Origin: Alloprevotella sp.
GTDB taxonomy: Bacteria > Bacteroidota > Bacteroidia > Bacteroidales > Bacteroidaceae
Direction: 5' to 3'
NCBI GenBank assembly: GCA_045632745.1
Contig: JAZQXH010000067.1
Coordinates: forward strand, 4,776 to 68,775
Length of the DNA stretch: 64,000 nt
This document shows positions 10,466-21,099 of the stretch, in pieces (position 1 is the first letter of the stretch; every line of letters starts with the position of its first letter). Below the pieces are notes generated by a model. That model was given only the letters and a program-made list of their open reading frames with translations. It ran no database searches and had not been told where the DNA came from. The position numbers were made by a program, and so were the translations under genes.

Positions 10466-11485
10466 GTGCTTCATTTATCTCGACATATTGAAAGTTTGTT
10501 GTTGCAACATCATTGTGTAATTATCCCCGAATTTGGAGGATTTATTACGCAATATGTTTCGGCACGCTTTATAGAGGAAGAAAACTTATTCTTGCCTCCT
10601 TATAGAAGCGTTAAGTTCAATCCCCACCTTACGGCAAACGATGGCATGTTGGTACAATCTTACATGTCAGCCTATGGCATTGGGTATGGCGAAGCCCTTG
10701 TGCGCGTTAAGATGGCTGTTGCTGAAATGAAGGAAAAACTCCTTCGTGAGGGCACGTATGTACTTCATGGTGTAGGTACATTGTGTCTTTCTGTTCAGGG
10801 AGTTTATACGTTTCAGCCTAATGAAGCTGGTGCGCTTTCGCCTGCACTCTATGGTTTAGATGCATTGCAAGTGAAGAGCGTCGTAGCGGTGGAAGATTCT
10901 GAGGTGAAGGAAGCGACGAACGAAGTGGTGCAAGCGACTATTGTGCCACAGACTGATGCAGCACGCTATTATACGATTCGCTTGCGCAAAGAGGTTGTAA
11001 ACTATCTTGCAGCAGCCATCGTCATGCTGGTATGTTATTTTGCATGGTCAGTGCCTGTAAGCAATACGTCTGCTACTCATTTGCAGCAAGCAACATTCCT
11101 TGCTACTGATGTGTTTGCAGCCCCTGCGAAACAAGCTACTCTTGAACCACGAATCATAATGGAAGACGAGTCTGTGTCAACTCTGCAGCAGGAGGCTCCC
11201 GTCGTTGAGACGTTGCACGAAACTGCAGAAACGGATAGTAATATCTCGGTTAAGCAAGCAAAGGTTTATACAATTGTAGTTTGCAGTTGCGTGCCTCGTA
11301 GCAATGCAGAACGTTTGATTTCAAAACTTGTTGAGCAAGGACTTGAAGCCTCTATATTTGAAAAGCAAGGCGTACTTAGAGTTGTAGTCGGCAATTACTC
11401 CACAGAGGCTGAAGCTGTCGGTGCACTTCGTAAGCTTAGAGATTCAATGTCGGGGTACGATGAAGCGTGGGTTTTGAAAAAATAA
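10466..11485 (+). CDS. HU-like (CCDC81-type) N-terminus plus TM plus SPOR domain protein
   Basis: HIESLL...CVIIPEFGGF N-terminus; TM segment; C-terminal SPOR-like RVVVG...EAW. Confidence 0.75.
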   Translation: MLHLSRHIESLLLQHHCVIIPEFGGFITQYVSARFIEEENLFLPPYRSVKFNPHLTANDGMLVQSYMSAYGIGYGEALVRVKMAVAEMKEKLLREGTYVLHGVGTLCLSVQGVYTFQPNEAGALSPALYGLDALQVKSVVAVEDSEVKEATNEVVQATIVPQTDAARYYTIRLRKEVVNYLAAAIVMLVCYFAWSVPVSNTSATHLQQATFLATDVFAAPAKQATLEPRIIMEDESVSTLQQEAPVVETLHETAETDSNISVKQAKVYTIVVCSCVPRSNAERLISKLVEQGLEASIFEKQGVLRVVVGNYSTEAEAVGALRKLRDSMSGYDEAWVLKK

Positions 11486-11520
11486 AGTTCTATCTTCTTA
11501 TTTATTTCTCCTAATAACTT

Positions 11521-12048
11521 ATGAAGCGCATACGTTGTCCGAAGTGCGATGAAGCCATTCTTTTTGATGAAACGCAATATGAACCCGGACGAAGTCTTGT
11601 TTTTGAATGTCCTGAGTGCCATAAGCAGTTTAAACTGAGAATCCCCGCTCCAAAACCTGTTGAGCAAATAGAGGACGAAGAAGATGAGGAAACAGAAACT
11701 CCGGTTCTCGGTTGGCTTACAGTGGTAGAAAATGCATTCCATTTCAAGCAAGAAATTCCTCTTTATGAAGGCGAAAATGTAGTTGGGCGCTTTGTCAAGG
11801 GCACAAAGGCAAATTCACCGATAAAGACAGTGGATCCGAGTGTTGACACTACGCATTGTGTAATAAAAGTTGTTCAGCGTCCTACTGGTGATGTCGTCTT
11901 TACGCTGCGCGATGCACCTTCCAATACTGGTACATTCCTTGGAACCCACCTATTGGCGCCTAAGGAGCAGGCACGTCTTGAAACGGGCGATATTATTACG
12001 ATTGGTGCGACGACAATGATATTCTCACTTCCTGAAGACGAAAAATGA
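11521..12048 (+). CDS. Zinc ribbon plus FHA domain protein
   Basis: CPKC/CPEC; VVGR...H...SNTGTF FHA motifs. Confidence 0.85.
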   Translation: MKRIRCPKCDEAILFDETQYEPGRSLVFECPECHKQFKLRIPAPKPVEQIEDEEDEETETPVLGWLTVVENAFHFKQEIPLYEGENVVGRFVKGTKANSPIKTVDPSVDTTHCVIKVVQRPTGDVVFTLRDAPSNTGTFLGTHLLAPKEQARLETGDIITIGATTMIFSLPEDEK

Positions 12049-12067
12049 ATTTAGAAACTATATATAA

Positions 12068-12123
12068 ATAAATGAGGGTATGTCAGAATTTTGCCTTGGC
12101 AATTTGACATACCCTCATTTATT
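12068..12123. repeat. REP-like palindrome (GAGGGTRTGYCA...TGRCAYACCCTC family), probable terminator
   Basis: aaataaatgagggtatgtca...tgacataccctcatttattt; relatives at 23488, 52576, 53067. Confidence 0.75.
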
Positions 12124-12241
12124 TGTGTAGGTAAGATGTAAAAAGCGAAAGAGGAATTGTTATCTATGAGATTCCTAACAATATTCTTGTCTTTACATAT
12201 TACTCATAAGTTTTGTGCCTTATAACACAAACCTTGTCTTA

Positions 12242-12442
12242 TTACTTAAGTGTTACTGTAATGTCCTTTTCGAGTTCTGCGATTTCAATCTTGTCTTCGC
12301 GGAGCAACCAACCAAGACCGAGGAACATATCCTTTTCTGTTTTAGCCTTGATTACTTTCTTAAGTTCCTTACCTGTTAACTGACCATTTTCGCTAAGTGC
12401 GGCCCAAATTTTTCCAGCGAGTTCGCCTGCTTTGTTTACCAT
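12242..12442 (-). CDS. Small winged-helix protein (DUF2582-like)
   Basis: AGELAGKIW...LGLGWLLREDKI. Confidence 0.8.
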   Translation of the reverse strand: MVNKAGELAGKIWAALSENGQLTGKELKKVIKAKTEKDMFLGLGWLLREDKIEIAELEKDITVTLK

Positions 12443-12598
12443 AAAAGTGAATTGATTATTAAAGTGTTTCTTAAAAATTTTGTGCAAAAATAATTGTTTC
12501 ATTGTTCAAAATGCGTTTTATTAATGAAAAAATGCTCTTTTTTTTCAAAATCCCCTTTCTTTTGTATAATTTTGTCAACCTAAATTTACATAAACACT

Positions 12599-13501
12599 AT
12601 GCTTTCTATATTAATACCTACGTATAACTTTGATTGTCTGAATCTTATATCGACTTTAGTTAAGCAGTGTGAGAAACTGTTGGAGGAAGAAAATGAATTT
12701 GCTTACGAAGTTGTTGTATTAGACGATGGTTCGTCGGATACAGATTTGGCTGAGCATGTGAAAAAGGGGTGTAGTGAACTTCGAGGCGTTCGCTGGATAA
12801 GTGGTGGTGTGAATAGTGGTAGGGCAACAGTGCGCAACCGTTTGTTGAATGAGGCGTGTGGAGAGTGGGTGGTGATGATTGACGACGATGCGCAAGTTGT
12901 TAGCGACGAATATGTGCGCAATTATTGGGAGTCGCGTTTTGTGGCGGATGTGTTGTGTGGCGATTTGCTCAATTATGATGAATGCCCTACGGGATGTGAA
13001 TTGCGTTTTTATTATGAAAAAGCAGCAGAACCCATGCGTAGTGTAGTGCAGAGAAACCAGGTGCCATACGATAGATTCAGTACTTTTAATTTCATGGCGC
13101 GCAGGGATGTTATGCTTAGTATTGGGTTTAGAAATTCGTTGAAGGAATATGGTTACGAGGATGTGTTGTTAGGATTTGAGTTGGAGGCGCGAGGCCATAG
13201 TGTGCTCCATATCGACAATCCGTTGCTCCATACGGGTATTGATAGAAACGAAGATTTTTTACGGAAGACGCGTGCTGCCATGCGTTCGCTCGCCGGTTTG
13301 CCTATTTCCGTTAGGCGCCGTATTGGAGTGAGCCGCGTAGCATTGCGCTTGGAGCAGTTGCGACTAAGTAAGTGTGTGGGGTGGTGTATTGGAAAAACTT
13401 TATCTTTGTTGGAGCGTAACTTGTTTGGAAGGCATCCCAAAATACTTTTTTTGCAACTATATAAATTAGGTTATTTTCTCCAGATTTCTGCTAAATCATA
13501 A
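12599..13501 (+). CDS. Glycosyltransferase family 2
   Basis: LSILIPTYN, DDGS, IDDD, YGYED. Confidence 0.9.
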   Translation: MLSILIPTYNFDCLNLISTLVKQCEKLLEEENEFAYEVVVLDDGSSDTDLAEHVKKGCSELRGVRWISGGVNSGRATVRNRLLNEACGEWVVMIDDDAQVVSDEYVRNYWESRFVADVLCGDLLNYDECPTGCELRFYYEKAAEPMRSVVQRNQVPYDRFSTFNFMARRDVMLSIGFRNSLKEYGYEDVLLGFELEARGHSVLHIDNPLLHTGIDRNEDFLRKTRAAMRSLAGLPISVRRRIGVSRVALRLEQLRLSKCVGWCIGKTLSLLERNLFGRHPKILFLQLYKLGYFLQISAKS

Positions 13502-13553
13502 AAAGAGGACACTCAAATTCGTATATTGATAATGAATTTGCAGTGTCCTCTTT
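13501..13553. terminator. Bidirectional terminator hairpin
   Basis: aaagaggacact..caaatt / aatttg..agtgtcctcttt between convergent genes. Confidence 0.65.
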
Positions 13554-13605
13554 AATTTATGCTTACTATTATTCGTTTGTTTGTATCGACTTTCATTATT
13601 AAATG

Positions 13606-14766
13606 TTATTGCTTTCGATATTGACTTTTGCGGTGGAAGTTGATACCTACATAGATGTTGAGGTAGTTTACAAAGTTGCGGAAGTTAAAGTGTGCCTTTT
13701 TGTAGCCGTATCCGTACGTGATGAAGGACGCTCCGGCATAGGTGCGTGTGTTGTTCCAAACGATGGCTGTGCGTCCTGTAAAATCGATGTTGAAGGATTT
13801 TACGTCCTCAATCAGAACTGATTTGTCCCACGGAGTGCCGATGGTCTTTTTGTATCCAATGGCTGGAGTGAGCGAGATGTTGAAGAGAAAGTTCTTGGCA
13901 AATACCCAATTGTAAGCATAGCCGAAGCTGAGCGCCGCATTGTAGTATTTGATTTTGTCGATTTTCATAGCGGGAAGCAGTCTGTCTGCACCTTGTTCGT
14001 CGAATTGCAGGGCATAGGGAAGTCGTGTGTGGTCAAAACGCAACTTGTGGTATTCGTAGCGCAATCCAAGAATGAAGGAACCTGCACTGATGCGTTGCAC
14101 TGTGCTTTGGGCATAGGCTGCGGGATAGGAGAAATGCTTGTGGTTGAAAACGTAATACACGTTTGCCATAGTAGAGTATGCCTTAAGTCCGTCAAAACTA
14201 TGACCATTCATTGCGTTGGAATGAAGTCCGTCAAAACCATTGATTTTTCCTATTTTATAATCCGCTTTGTTCTTGATGTGTACGAGGTCGCATCCCACTT
14301 TCGCACTATAGAGAGAAAGGTTGAATTCCGTGTTTTTTCGGGCTTTGCCTATGTCCATAGTGTATCCAAGGAAAATCCATCGCCATCCGAAGTAGGGACC
14401 GACTTTAAAGGCTGGGCGCGGAGATAGATTGATGGTTTGCTTGACACCCAAATTGTTTTCTGCCGAGAATCTGTATTGCTGCCAGTAGTTTGTGTTTTGC
14501 AGCATGGCAGAGTAGTTGTAATAATTTGTCTCGATGTAGTTTCGGTCGAAGGAGTTGAGCTCCTTTACTTTTTTCTTTACTCCGGTTTTTACAGAACCAG
14601 CCACTTTGCCTATTTCATTCGTAATTGTTCCCCAAAGTTCTGTGTTGTTTGTTTGCAGTGTGTCGGATGCATGCGCTAAAGTGTCGGGCAGTGTGGTTTG
14701 CCCGACAGCGGTGAACGATAGTAAGAATGATAATAACGTGATGCAGATTCTCATGTGGTGAAACAA
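13606..14766 (-). CDS. DUF4421 family outer-membrane protein
   Basis: GPYFGWRWIFLGY, FSYPAAYAQSTVQRISAGS. Confidence 0.8.
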   Translation of the reverse strand: MFHHMRICITLLSFLLSFTAVGQTTLPDTLAHASDTLQTNNTELWGTITNEIGKVAGSVKTGVKKKVKELNSFDRNYIETNYYNYSAMLQNTNYWQQYRFSAENNLGVKQTINLSPRPAFKVGPYFGWRWIFLGYTMDIGKARKNTEFNLSLYSAKVGCDLVHIKNKADYKIGKINGFDGLHSNAMNGHSFDGLKAYSTMANVYYVFNHKHFSYPAAYAQSTVQRISAGSFILGLRYEYHKLRFDHTRLPYALQFDEQGADRLLPAMKIDKIKYYNAALSFGYAYNWVFAKNFLFNISLTPAIGYKKTIGTPWDKSVLIEDVKSFNIDFTGRTAIVWNNTRTYAGASFITYGYGYKKAHFNFRNFVNYLNIYVGINFHRKSQYRKQ

Positions 14767-14811
14767 TGGGGTGAACTATATCGGTGTGTTGGGCGCGGAG
14801 AAAGGTTTGTT

Positions 14812-15792
14812 TTAAATTTTGTTGAGTATTCTGTCCACAACCCAGTTGACGGACGTAGCACTGATGCTGTCGCAGGTACAGATGGCGTTGCCTTGCAGAT
14901 GTTCCACTACGTTTTTAATAAGAGGTAATTGCACATACTGGGGATTTTCTACCTTAATTGTTTGGGTGCCGTTCTGCGTGTGGAGTTGAATGGGGCTGTA
15001 GGTGAAAACGGAGAAACTTATTGACCCTTTGTCGCCTATAATCTGAATGTTGTCTTCCCTTGCAGACTCATGCGCTACAAAACACCAACTTCCCGACCCG
15101 GGGACACCGTTAGCAAATCGGAAACAGGCGCTCACACTGTCCTCGGTCGTATAGAGTCCGCCTCGGTTGGCGGTGAATCCTTCTGCTTCGATAATAGGCC
15201 CAAACATACCCTGCAGAAGGTCGATTTGGTGAGGGGCAAGGTCGTAGAAGTAGCCTCCGCCGGCAATGTCGGCTTGTACACGCCAAGGGAGGTTCTTTGA
15301 GTTGTAATCGAGATCGCGGGGAGGAACAGCGAAACGGATTTGCACATTGATGACATTACCAATTTCGCCTTGCTCAACGAGTGCTTTTACATTTTTGAAG
15401 TATTCGAGGTATCGTCGGTAGTAGGCTACGAAGCAGGGCATTCCGGTCGTTTCAGAAATACGATTGATGCGGCAGCAGTCTTCGTAGTTGGCAGCCATGG
15501 GCTTTTCTACATAAACAGGTTTTCCGGCTTTCATAGCCATGATGGCAAAAGTTGCATGTGTAGAGGGCGGAGTTGCTATGTACACAGCATTGACCAAGGG
15601 GTCGTCAAGCAAAGCCTGAGGGTCGGTGTACCAATGTTTGATTCCATGGCGCTCGGCATACGATTTTGCTTTTTCTGCGCTACGGCTCATTACAGCTACA
15701 ACGTTGGAACCTTCTATAAGCGAGAATGCAGGTCCACTCTTCTTTTCAGTGACTTCACCGCAGCCGATGAATCCCCAATTAATATTTTTCAT
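14812..15792 (-). CDS. Gfo/Idh/MocA oxidoreductase
   Basis: WGFIGCG, YIATPP, EKPMA. Confidence 0.92.
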   Translation of the reverse strand: MKNINWGFIGCGEVTEKKSGPAFSLIEGSNVVAVMSRSAEKAKSYAERHGIKHWYTDPQALLDDPLVNAVYIATPPSTHATFAIMAMKAGKPVYVEKPMAANYEDCCRINRISETTGMPCFVAYYRRYLEYFKNVKALVEQGEIGNVINVQIRFAVPPRDLDYNSKNLPWRVQADIAGGGYFYDLAPHQIDLLQGMFGPIIEAEGFTANRGGLYTTEDSVSACFRFANGVPGSGSWCFVAHESAREDNIQIIGDKGSISFSVFTYSPIQLHTQNGTQTIKVENPQYVQLPLIKNVVEHLQGNAICTCDSISATSVNWVVDRILNKI

Positions 15793-15824
15793 GGCGATAG
15801 AATGTTTGTTTATTTATAATAACT

Positions 15825-16697
15825 TTATTTTTTTTGTATAAGGCTGATGGTTGCAGAGTCTGTTGCATAGATGGATTGTGTTGCTGTGTTTTTGGGTGTG
15901 TCGTCGGTTATTTCTGACGGCATAGCCCATTGTGTGAAGAAACAGCCTGCAATACTGGGTGACTCATTCCCTTGTTGTTTCGTCATATAGAGCACGGTGG
16001 AGAAGTAGGCATTTCGATTGAGCGTTGTGCTATCTTCGTAGCGAAACATTTTGTCGCGAGGGTAGCTGCACGAGGTTACGACCAAGGGTTTGTTGTTGAA
16101 TGAAGCCGTGCGTTGTAGTTCATTGACGTACGATGTGGTCTGTAGAAAGGCATTGTTCAAGCCCATGTAAAGACTTGTTGGCGATACCCATTTGTAGTCG
16201 AGAGGGTGGAGCTGTAGTGTCAAGAAATCAATGTATTTGCTGCGCTCCTGCTGTTCGCGTTTGTGTGTGTTGCGAGTGTATAGTTCTTCTGGTGCACTTG
16301 TGCAAACGAGGTGGTTGGCATCAATTTGTTTGATGAATTGTGCTTGTTGCAGTGTAGAAGTTTCCCAAGCAAGGATTTCGGTTCGCTTGGTATATTTTTG
16401 CACTAATTGTAGGTCGGCCTTTTCGTTGAGCACAATGAGTAGGTAGATATGATTTTTACGTGCAATTTTGAGTATAGGTTTTAGTTGTTTTAAATCATCC
16501 ACTCTGACGCGCACAGCATTAAAACCAATATTGTGCAGGAGTTTGAATGTGGGTGGATTCGCATGTTGTATTCCGATATTGATGCCCACAATTGGGGCCG
16601 GAATGTTGTTTGCACAAAATTGTCCGTCTTTAATTCTTACGAATGCCGTTGCAATTTGTGCGAACAATAGCAAAATAACGAATAAGGTAAATCGCAT
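15825..16697 (-). CDS. Degenerate GH5 (beta-mannanase-like) exported protein
   Basis: FVRIKDGQF, GFNAVRV, ILAWE, IDANHLV, KPLVV....YPRD resemble GH5 mannanases; catalytic motifs altered. Confidence 0.55.
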   Translation of the reverse strand: MRFTLFVILLLFAQIATAFVRIKDGQFCANNIPAPIVGINIGIQHANPPTFKLLHNIGFNAVRVRVDDLKQLKPILKIARKNHIYLLIVLNEKADLQLVQKYTKRTEILAWETSTLQQAQFIKQIDANHLVCTSAPEELYTRNTHKREQQERSKYIDFLTLQLHPLDYKWVSPTSLYMGLNNAFLQTTSYVNELQRTASFNNKPLVVTSCSYPRDKMFRYEDSTTLNRNAYFSTVLYMTKQQGNESPSIAGCFFTQWAMPSEITDDTPKNTATQSIYATDSATISLIQKK

Positions 16698-16721
16698 GTA
16701 TGAGTAGTGATGGTTGTTTCG

Positions 16722-19370
16722 TTAATCGAAATTCAGGTGAACCTTGGCTTTGCGCGCTTCGCTTAGGGATTTTATATTTGCAGGCGCTGTGCTGTCTTCA
16801 CGCAGTAGTTTTTGTTCTTTGTGTAAATTTTCGATGAAAATGTGGGCGTCGTCTGCATTGAGAATTCGTAGTGCTGTCAGTGCAAATTGCGAAGCATCGT
16901 TGGTCCATACTACGGGCGATGAATATTCTGTTGCAATGAAGCGCGCAGTGTGTTTTGCAGATGTAGTTGCGCCACCGATGAAGAGCGGAACCTTGATACC
17001 TTTGCGTTCGAGTTGGCGAGCAACCTCTATCATGTGCGAAAGCGATGGAGTAATGAGTCCGCTGAGACCTATGAGTTGAGGTTGAAGTCGTATGGCCTCG
17101 TCAACGATGCTTTGTGTTTTTACCATTATCCCTAAATCTACGACGTTGAATCCATTGCAGCGCAGGATGGTAGCGCAGATGTTTTTCCCAATGTCGTGAA
17201 CGTCGCCTTCTACGGTGGCTAAAAGCGCTGTAGGTGCATTTTGCTGCGATGTCTTGTCTATCTCTATTAAGGGCTCTAATGTGCTGACAATTTGCTTCAT
17301 CGTTTGTGCAGACTTAACAACTTGGGGTAGGTACATCTCTCCAGCGCCAAATTTTTGTCCCACTTTTTCCATCGCTCGCATTAGCGCGCCCTCAACGATT
17401 CCTATTGGCGACAGCGTCTTGAGTAATTCAGCAATGGCATCATCAACATGGGCAGCTGTGCCTTGTTCTATTGCGAGTTCTATGCGATGCTCGGCTGTCA
17501 GGTATTGCGTCGTAATTGCAGATGGCATGGGTTGGGCTTTGCCGGCTGATTTCATTCGTTCCGCCCAATCAGAGAGTTCGGCAGTTACGTCTTCGCCACT
17601 TAGCATGAGTCGGTCGAAGAGTGATTTCAGTTCGTCGTCAACCTCTTTTCCGGTTAAGGGCGAAGCGGGGTTTACGATAGCCATATTCATTCCGGCATGG
17701 CGAGCATGGTCGAGGAATACGGCATGCATGGCTTCTCTAAACGCATTCGAACCGCGGAAGGAGAATGACAGATTGCTGACACCGGCAATGATGCGAACTT
17801 CCGGCATTTCTTCGCGTAGGGAGCGTGTGGTCCTTAAGAAGTCCATTGCATAGCTGTTGTGGCTTTCAACTCCGGTGCACACTGCTAGCATATTGGGGTC
17901 GAAGATAATTCGGTTTGCAGGGTAGTTTAACTTTTCTGTAAGTATGCGATAAGCGCGTCGGCACACCTCCATACGATGGTCGTAGCTCACGGCCTGCCCC
18001 GATTCATCAGCAGCCATGACTACGATGTCGGCGCCAAAAACAAGAGCTTCTTTTGCACGTTGAATAAAGGTGTCTTCTCCTTCTTTTAATGAGATGGAGT
18101 TGATGATGACTTTATTGGGCGTTGAGCGAAGAGCGGTTTGTATCACGCTCCAGTCGGACGAGTCGATCATGAGTGTTTTCCCAACTAAGGCGGGGATGGC
18201 AGGAATCAAGCTCATGAGTGTTTTCATTTCGCCCTGTGCGTTCAGCATAGGGGCGTCTAAGTTAAAGTCTATAACATGGGCTCCTTGCTCTACCTGACGG
18301 CAAGCAACGGATATGGCAGCTTCATAGTCGCCATTCTCAATGACTTTTGCAAACGCTTTAGAGCCCAATACATTGCATCTTTCACCCACGACAGTGAAGT
18401 CTTCGTTGTTTTCCGAAGGTATTGGTAGCTGTCGTGGCATGATGTTTTCGTCATCAATGTATTCGCGCAAGGCTTTAATGTGTTGTTCGGTAGTTCCGCA
18501 GCATCCTCCTATAATGTTCAGGCATCTTTCCTTCAGCAGATGGCTGAGTTCTTCTACCATGCTTTGTGGTTGTTGCTCGTATTTTCCAAATTCGTTTGGG
18601 AAACCTGCATTGGGGTATGCTCCAACGAAGCAATGGGCTATTTTAGAGAGTCGCTCAATGAATGGTGCCATCATTTTGGCACCGCCTCCGCAGTTAATGG
18701 AAATCACAAGTGGTCGTAAGGCTGCCGCAACTTTGTAAAAGTCTTCAACGGTATGCCCGGCAAGCATTCGCCCTGCAGCGTCGTTAATCGTTATGCTAAT
18801 CCATAAATCGATGGTTTTCCCAGACTTCTGCATGGCTGTGTAGGCTCCGACGCATGCAGCTTTGACGTTGAGTGTGTCGAAGGCTGTTTCGATGAGCAGG
18901 ATGTCTGCTCCTCCTTCTATAAGCCCTTCTGCCTGTTCGGCATAAGCAGCAGCCATTTGGTCGAATGATACTGTTTTATTCTCATCGCCTAATGTGAGGC
19001 TATGTCTTGTGGGGCCCATACTTCCGGCTACGAAACATGGGGCGGAAGTCCTTTCAGTCCAATCATCAGCAACGGTTCGTGCAATGCGAGCTCCCGAGTA
19101 AGCCAGTTGGTACGCCTCGTTTGCCATTCCCAGTTCAGCAAGAGTTATTCGATTGGCAGAGAATGTATTGGTCGTAATGATATTAGCGCCAACTTCGAGG
19201 TATTTTTTGTGGATGTTGGCGATCACTTCTGGCTTTTCTATGTTTAGGCATTCAGGTTGTATGGTGTTCCAACCTTGCTGTTGTAATAACGACCCCATAG
19301 CGCCATCCAATAGCAATAATTGATGTTGGAGGGCCAATTTTAATTTGCTTTCGTTGTGATTATCGAACAT
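16722..19370 (-). CDS. metH: B12-dependent methionine synthase (Hcy, pterin and cobalamin domains; no C-terminal reactivation domain)
   Basis: LDGAMG, GGCCGT, GERCNV, GDVHDIGKN, SGLITPSL. Confidence 0.92.
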   Translation of the reverse strand: MFDNHNESKLKLALQHQLLLLDGAMGSLLQQQGWNTIQPECLNIEKPEVIANIHKKYLEVGANIITTNTFSANRITLAELGMANEAYQLAYSGARIARTVADDWTERTSAPCFVAGSMGPTRHSLTLGDENKTVSFDQMAAAYAEQAEGLIEGGADILLIETAFDTLNVKAACVGAYTAMQKSGKTIDLWISITINDAAGRMLAGHTVEDFYKVAAALRPLVISINCGGGAKMMAPFIERLSKIAHCFVGAYPNAGFPNEFGKYEQQPQSMVEELSHLLKERCLNIIGGCCGTTEQHIKALREYIDDENIMPRQLPIPSENNEDFTVVGERCNVLGSKAFAKVIENGDYEAAISVACRQVEQGAHVIDFNLDAPMLNAQGEMKTLMSLIPAIPALVGKTLMIDSSDWSVIQTALRSTPNKVIINSISLKEGEDTFIQRAKEALVFGADIVVMAADESGQAVSYDHRMEVCRRAYRILTEKLNYPANRIIFDPNMLAVCTGVESHNSYAMDFLRTTRSLREEMPEVRIIAGVSNLSFSFRGSNAFREAMHAVFLDHARHAGMNMAIVNPASPLTGKEVDDELKSLFDRLMLSGEDVTAELSDWAERMKSAGKAQPMPSAITTQYLTAEHRIELAIEQGTAAHVDDAIAELLKTLSPIGIVEGALMRAMEKVGQKFGAGEMYLPQVVKSAQTMKQIVSTLEPLIEIDKTSQQNAPTALLATVEGDVHDIGKNICATILRCNGFNVVDLGIMVKTQSIVDEAIRLQPQLIGLSGLITPSLSHMIEVARQLERKGIKVPLFIGGATTSAKHTARFIATEYSSPVVWTNDASQFALTALRILNADDAHIFIENLHKEQKLLREDSTAPANIKSLSEARKAKVHLNFD

Positions 19371-19412
19371 AATCTTTGGTGTGTTGCAGACAGGTGCGCT
19401 CCTCTCTTGCCA

Positions 19413-19703
19413 TTAATGAAAATTAATATCTGTGATTACGGCTGCGCCCACTTTTTTGTTTAACTCGCTAATATAAAATGCTCTGCGCATTTGCAACTCG
19501 GCTCTAACGACGGACGAAGTTATTTGCACGTAGAGCACTTGATTGTAAATTCGTTTTCCGCTTGTGTATCGGGCTACGACCGGGCCTGCCACTTCCTCCC
19601 ATGCCTCTATGAGACGATGTTCGTTGAGGGGCGTTTCAAGTCCCTCTTGTCGCAGGTAGCGCAGCAGGACGTCGGTAAGGTTTTCTGTTTTGCGGCGTTC
19701 CAT
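19413..19703 (-). CDS. DUF721/DciA family protein
   Basis: Follows recF; W.EV.G motif. Confidence 0.8.
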   Translation of the reverse strand: MERRKTENLTDVLLRYLRQEGLETPLNEHRLIEAWEEVAGPVVARYTSGKRIYNQVLYVQITSSVVRAELQMRRAFYISELNKKVGAAVITDINFH

Positions 19704-19707
19704 TTTG

Positions 19708-20811
19708 TTAGTTTTCAGAAATTATTCCGTTTTCTACGTAGAATAGTTTGTAGTCCTTATGTGTTCGCGCAAGCAGTTGGTCGATATGCTCTCGGTTAGT
19801 GTCGGTGATGAATATTTGTCCTAAATCATCGCTTGTGGCATATTCTACGATGCGTTCTACTCTGCCTGCATCGAGTTTGTCAAATATGTCGTCGAGCAGC
19901 AGGATGGGCATGCGTCCTTTTCCTTTTTCCTTTAAAAATAGGAATTGAGCTAATTTCATCGCGATGACATACGTTTTTCGTTGACCTTGCGATCCTTCGT
20001 AGCGCAGTGGGTGTTCAGAGAGTAGCAGGTTCAGATCGTCGCGATGAGTGCCATGGAGCGTATAGCCAATGATGCGCTCCTTTTCTCTGAAACTTTCAAG
20101 TTGTGCGTGGAGTGGCCCTCTCGAAATGTGTGAGGTGTATTCTATTTTCACTTTTTCGCTTGCTCCGTCGCAGAGGCGGTCGTATAATTGCTGAAAAAGC
20201 TCTTGGAATTCATTAATAAATTTTGTTCGGCAGTCGTAGATATAAGCTGCATCCATACTCATCATTTCTTCTACAACGCTCATCACTTGCAGGTCAAAGC
20301 CTGTTTCTTGCTTCAGTAGCGTATTGCGCTGCTTGAGAGCTTGTTCATAGCGCACCAACGATTCCACATAGCGACTGTCGTACTGCGCTATCACCATATC
20401 CATAAATTTGCGTCGTTCTTCAGCGCCTCCTCCTACGAGGTGCTCATCGCTTGGCGCAATCATTACGAGGGGGATTTTTCCTAAATGCTCCGATAGTCGT
20501 TTGTACTCCTTTTCTCCGCGTCGAATGCGCTTGCGCAGTCCTTGTTTCATGCTAATGTCGATTTGTTCTCGTCCTCCGTCTTCGCGAATGTATTCGCCTC
20601 GGAGCATAAAGAAGTCTGTGTCGTGTTTTACGTTTTGAGCATCAGCACAGCCGTTGTTACTTTTACAAAATGAAAGATAAAATATGGCATCCAGCACATT
20701 CGTTTTGCCCATACCATTTCGTCCTACAATGCAATTCACGTTGGGCGAAAGTTGCAGGGTAGATTCTGTTATATTGCGGTAGTTGAGCAACGAAAGCTTT
20801 TCTAACTTCAT
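19708..20811 (-). CDS. recF: DNA replication/repair protein RecF
   Basis: GRNGMGKTN, GSQGQ, LLLDDIFDKLD. Confidence 0.95.
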   Translation of the reverse strand: MKLEKLSLLNYRNITESTLQLSPNVNCIVGRNGMGKTNVLDAIFYLSFCKSNNGCADAQNVKHDTDFFMLRGEYIREDGGREQIDISMKQGLRKRIRRGEKEYKRLSEHLGKIPLVMIAPSDEHLVGGGAEERRKFMDMVIAQYDSRYVESLVRYEQALKQRNTLLKQETGFDLQVMSVVEEMMSMDAAYIYDCRTKFINEFQELFQQLYDRLCDGASEKVKIEYTSHISRGPLHAQLESFREKERIIGYTLHGTHRDDLNLLLSEHPLRYEGSQGQRKTYVIAMKLAQFLFLKEKGKGRMPILLLDDIFDKLDAGRVERIVEYATSDDLGQIFITDTNREHIDQLLARTHKDYKLFYVENGIISEN

Positions 20812-20920
20812 GAGATTTTATTCAAAAATGAAAATGGAATTGTTTTAAAATGCAAACTTACATAAAAATGCTGATACTTTCTTTTTACTTATTCAATAAG
20901 TAACTTAAAAAAGATTATTT

Positions 20921-21087
20921 AAGTTTAGCAAGTGCACAACTTCGTTTTAAGGTTTTAAGGTTATGAGGTCGCTTTGCTTGTGAGGTTTTAAGGAAATCAA
21001 TCCGGATGGTATCTCATTTCTCATTTCTCATTTCTGATTTCTCATTTCTCATTTCTCATTTCTCATTTCTGATTTCTCCTTTCTCCT
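20921..21087. repeat. Modular repeat element: end motif, G-rich 8-mers, core (caatccggatgg), (TTCTCAT)n
   Basis: About 10 heptamer units follow the core at 20998-21009. Confidence 0.85.
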
Positions 21088-21099
21088 TGCTTGTTTACT

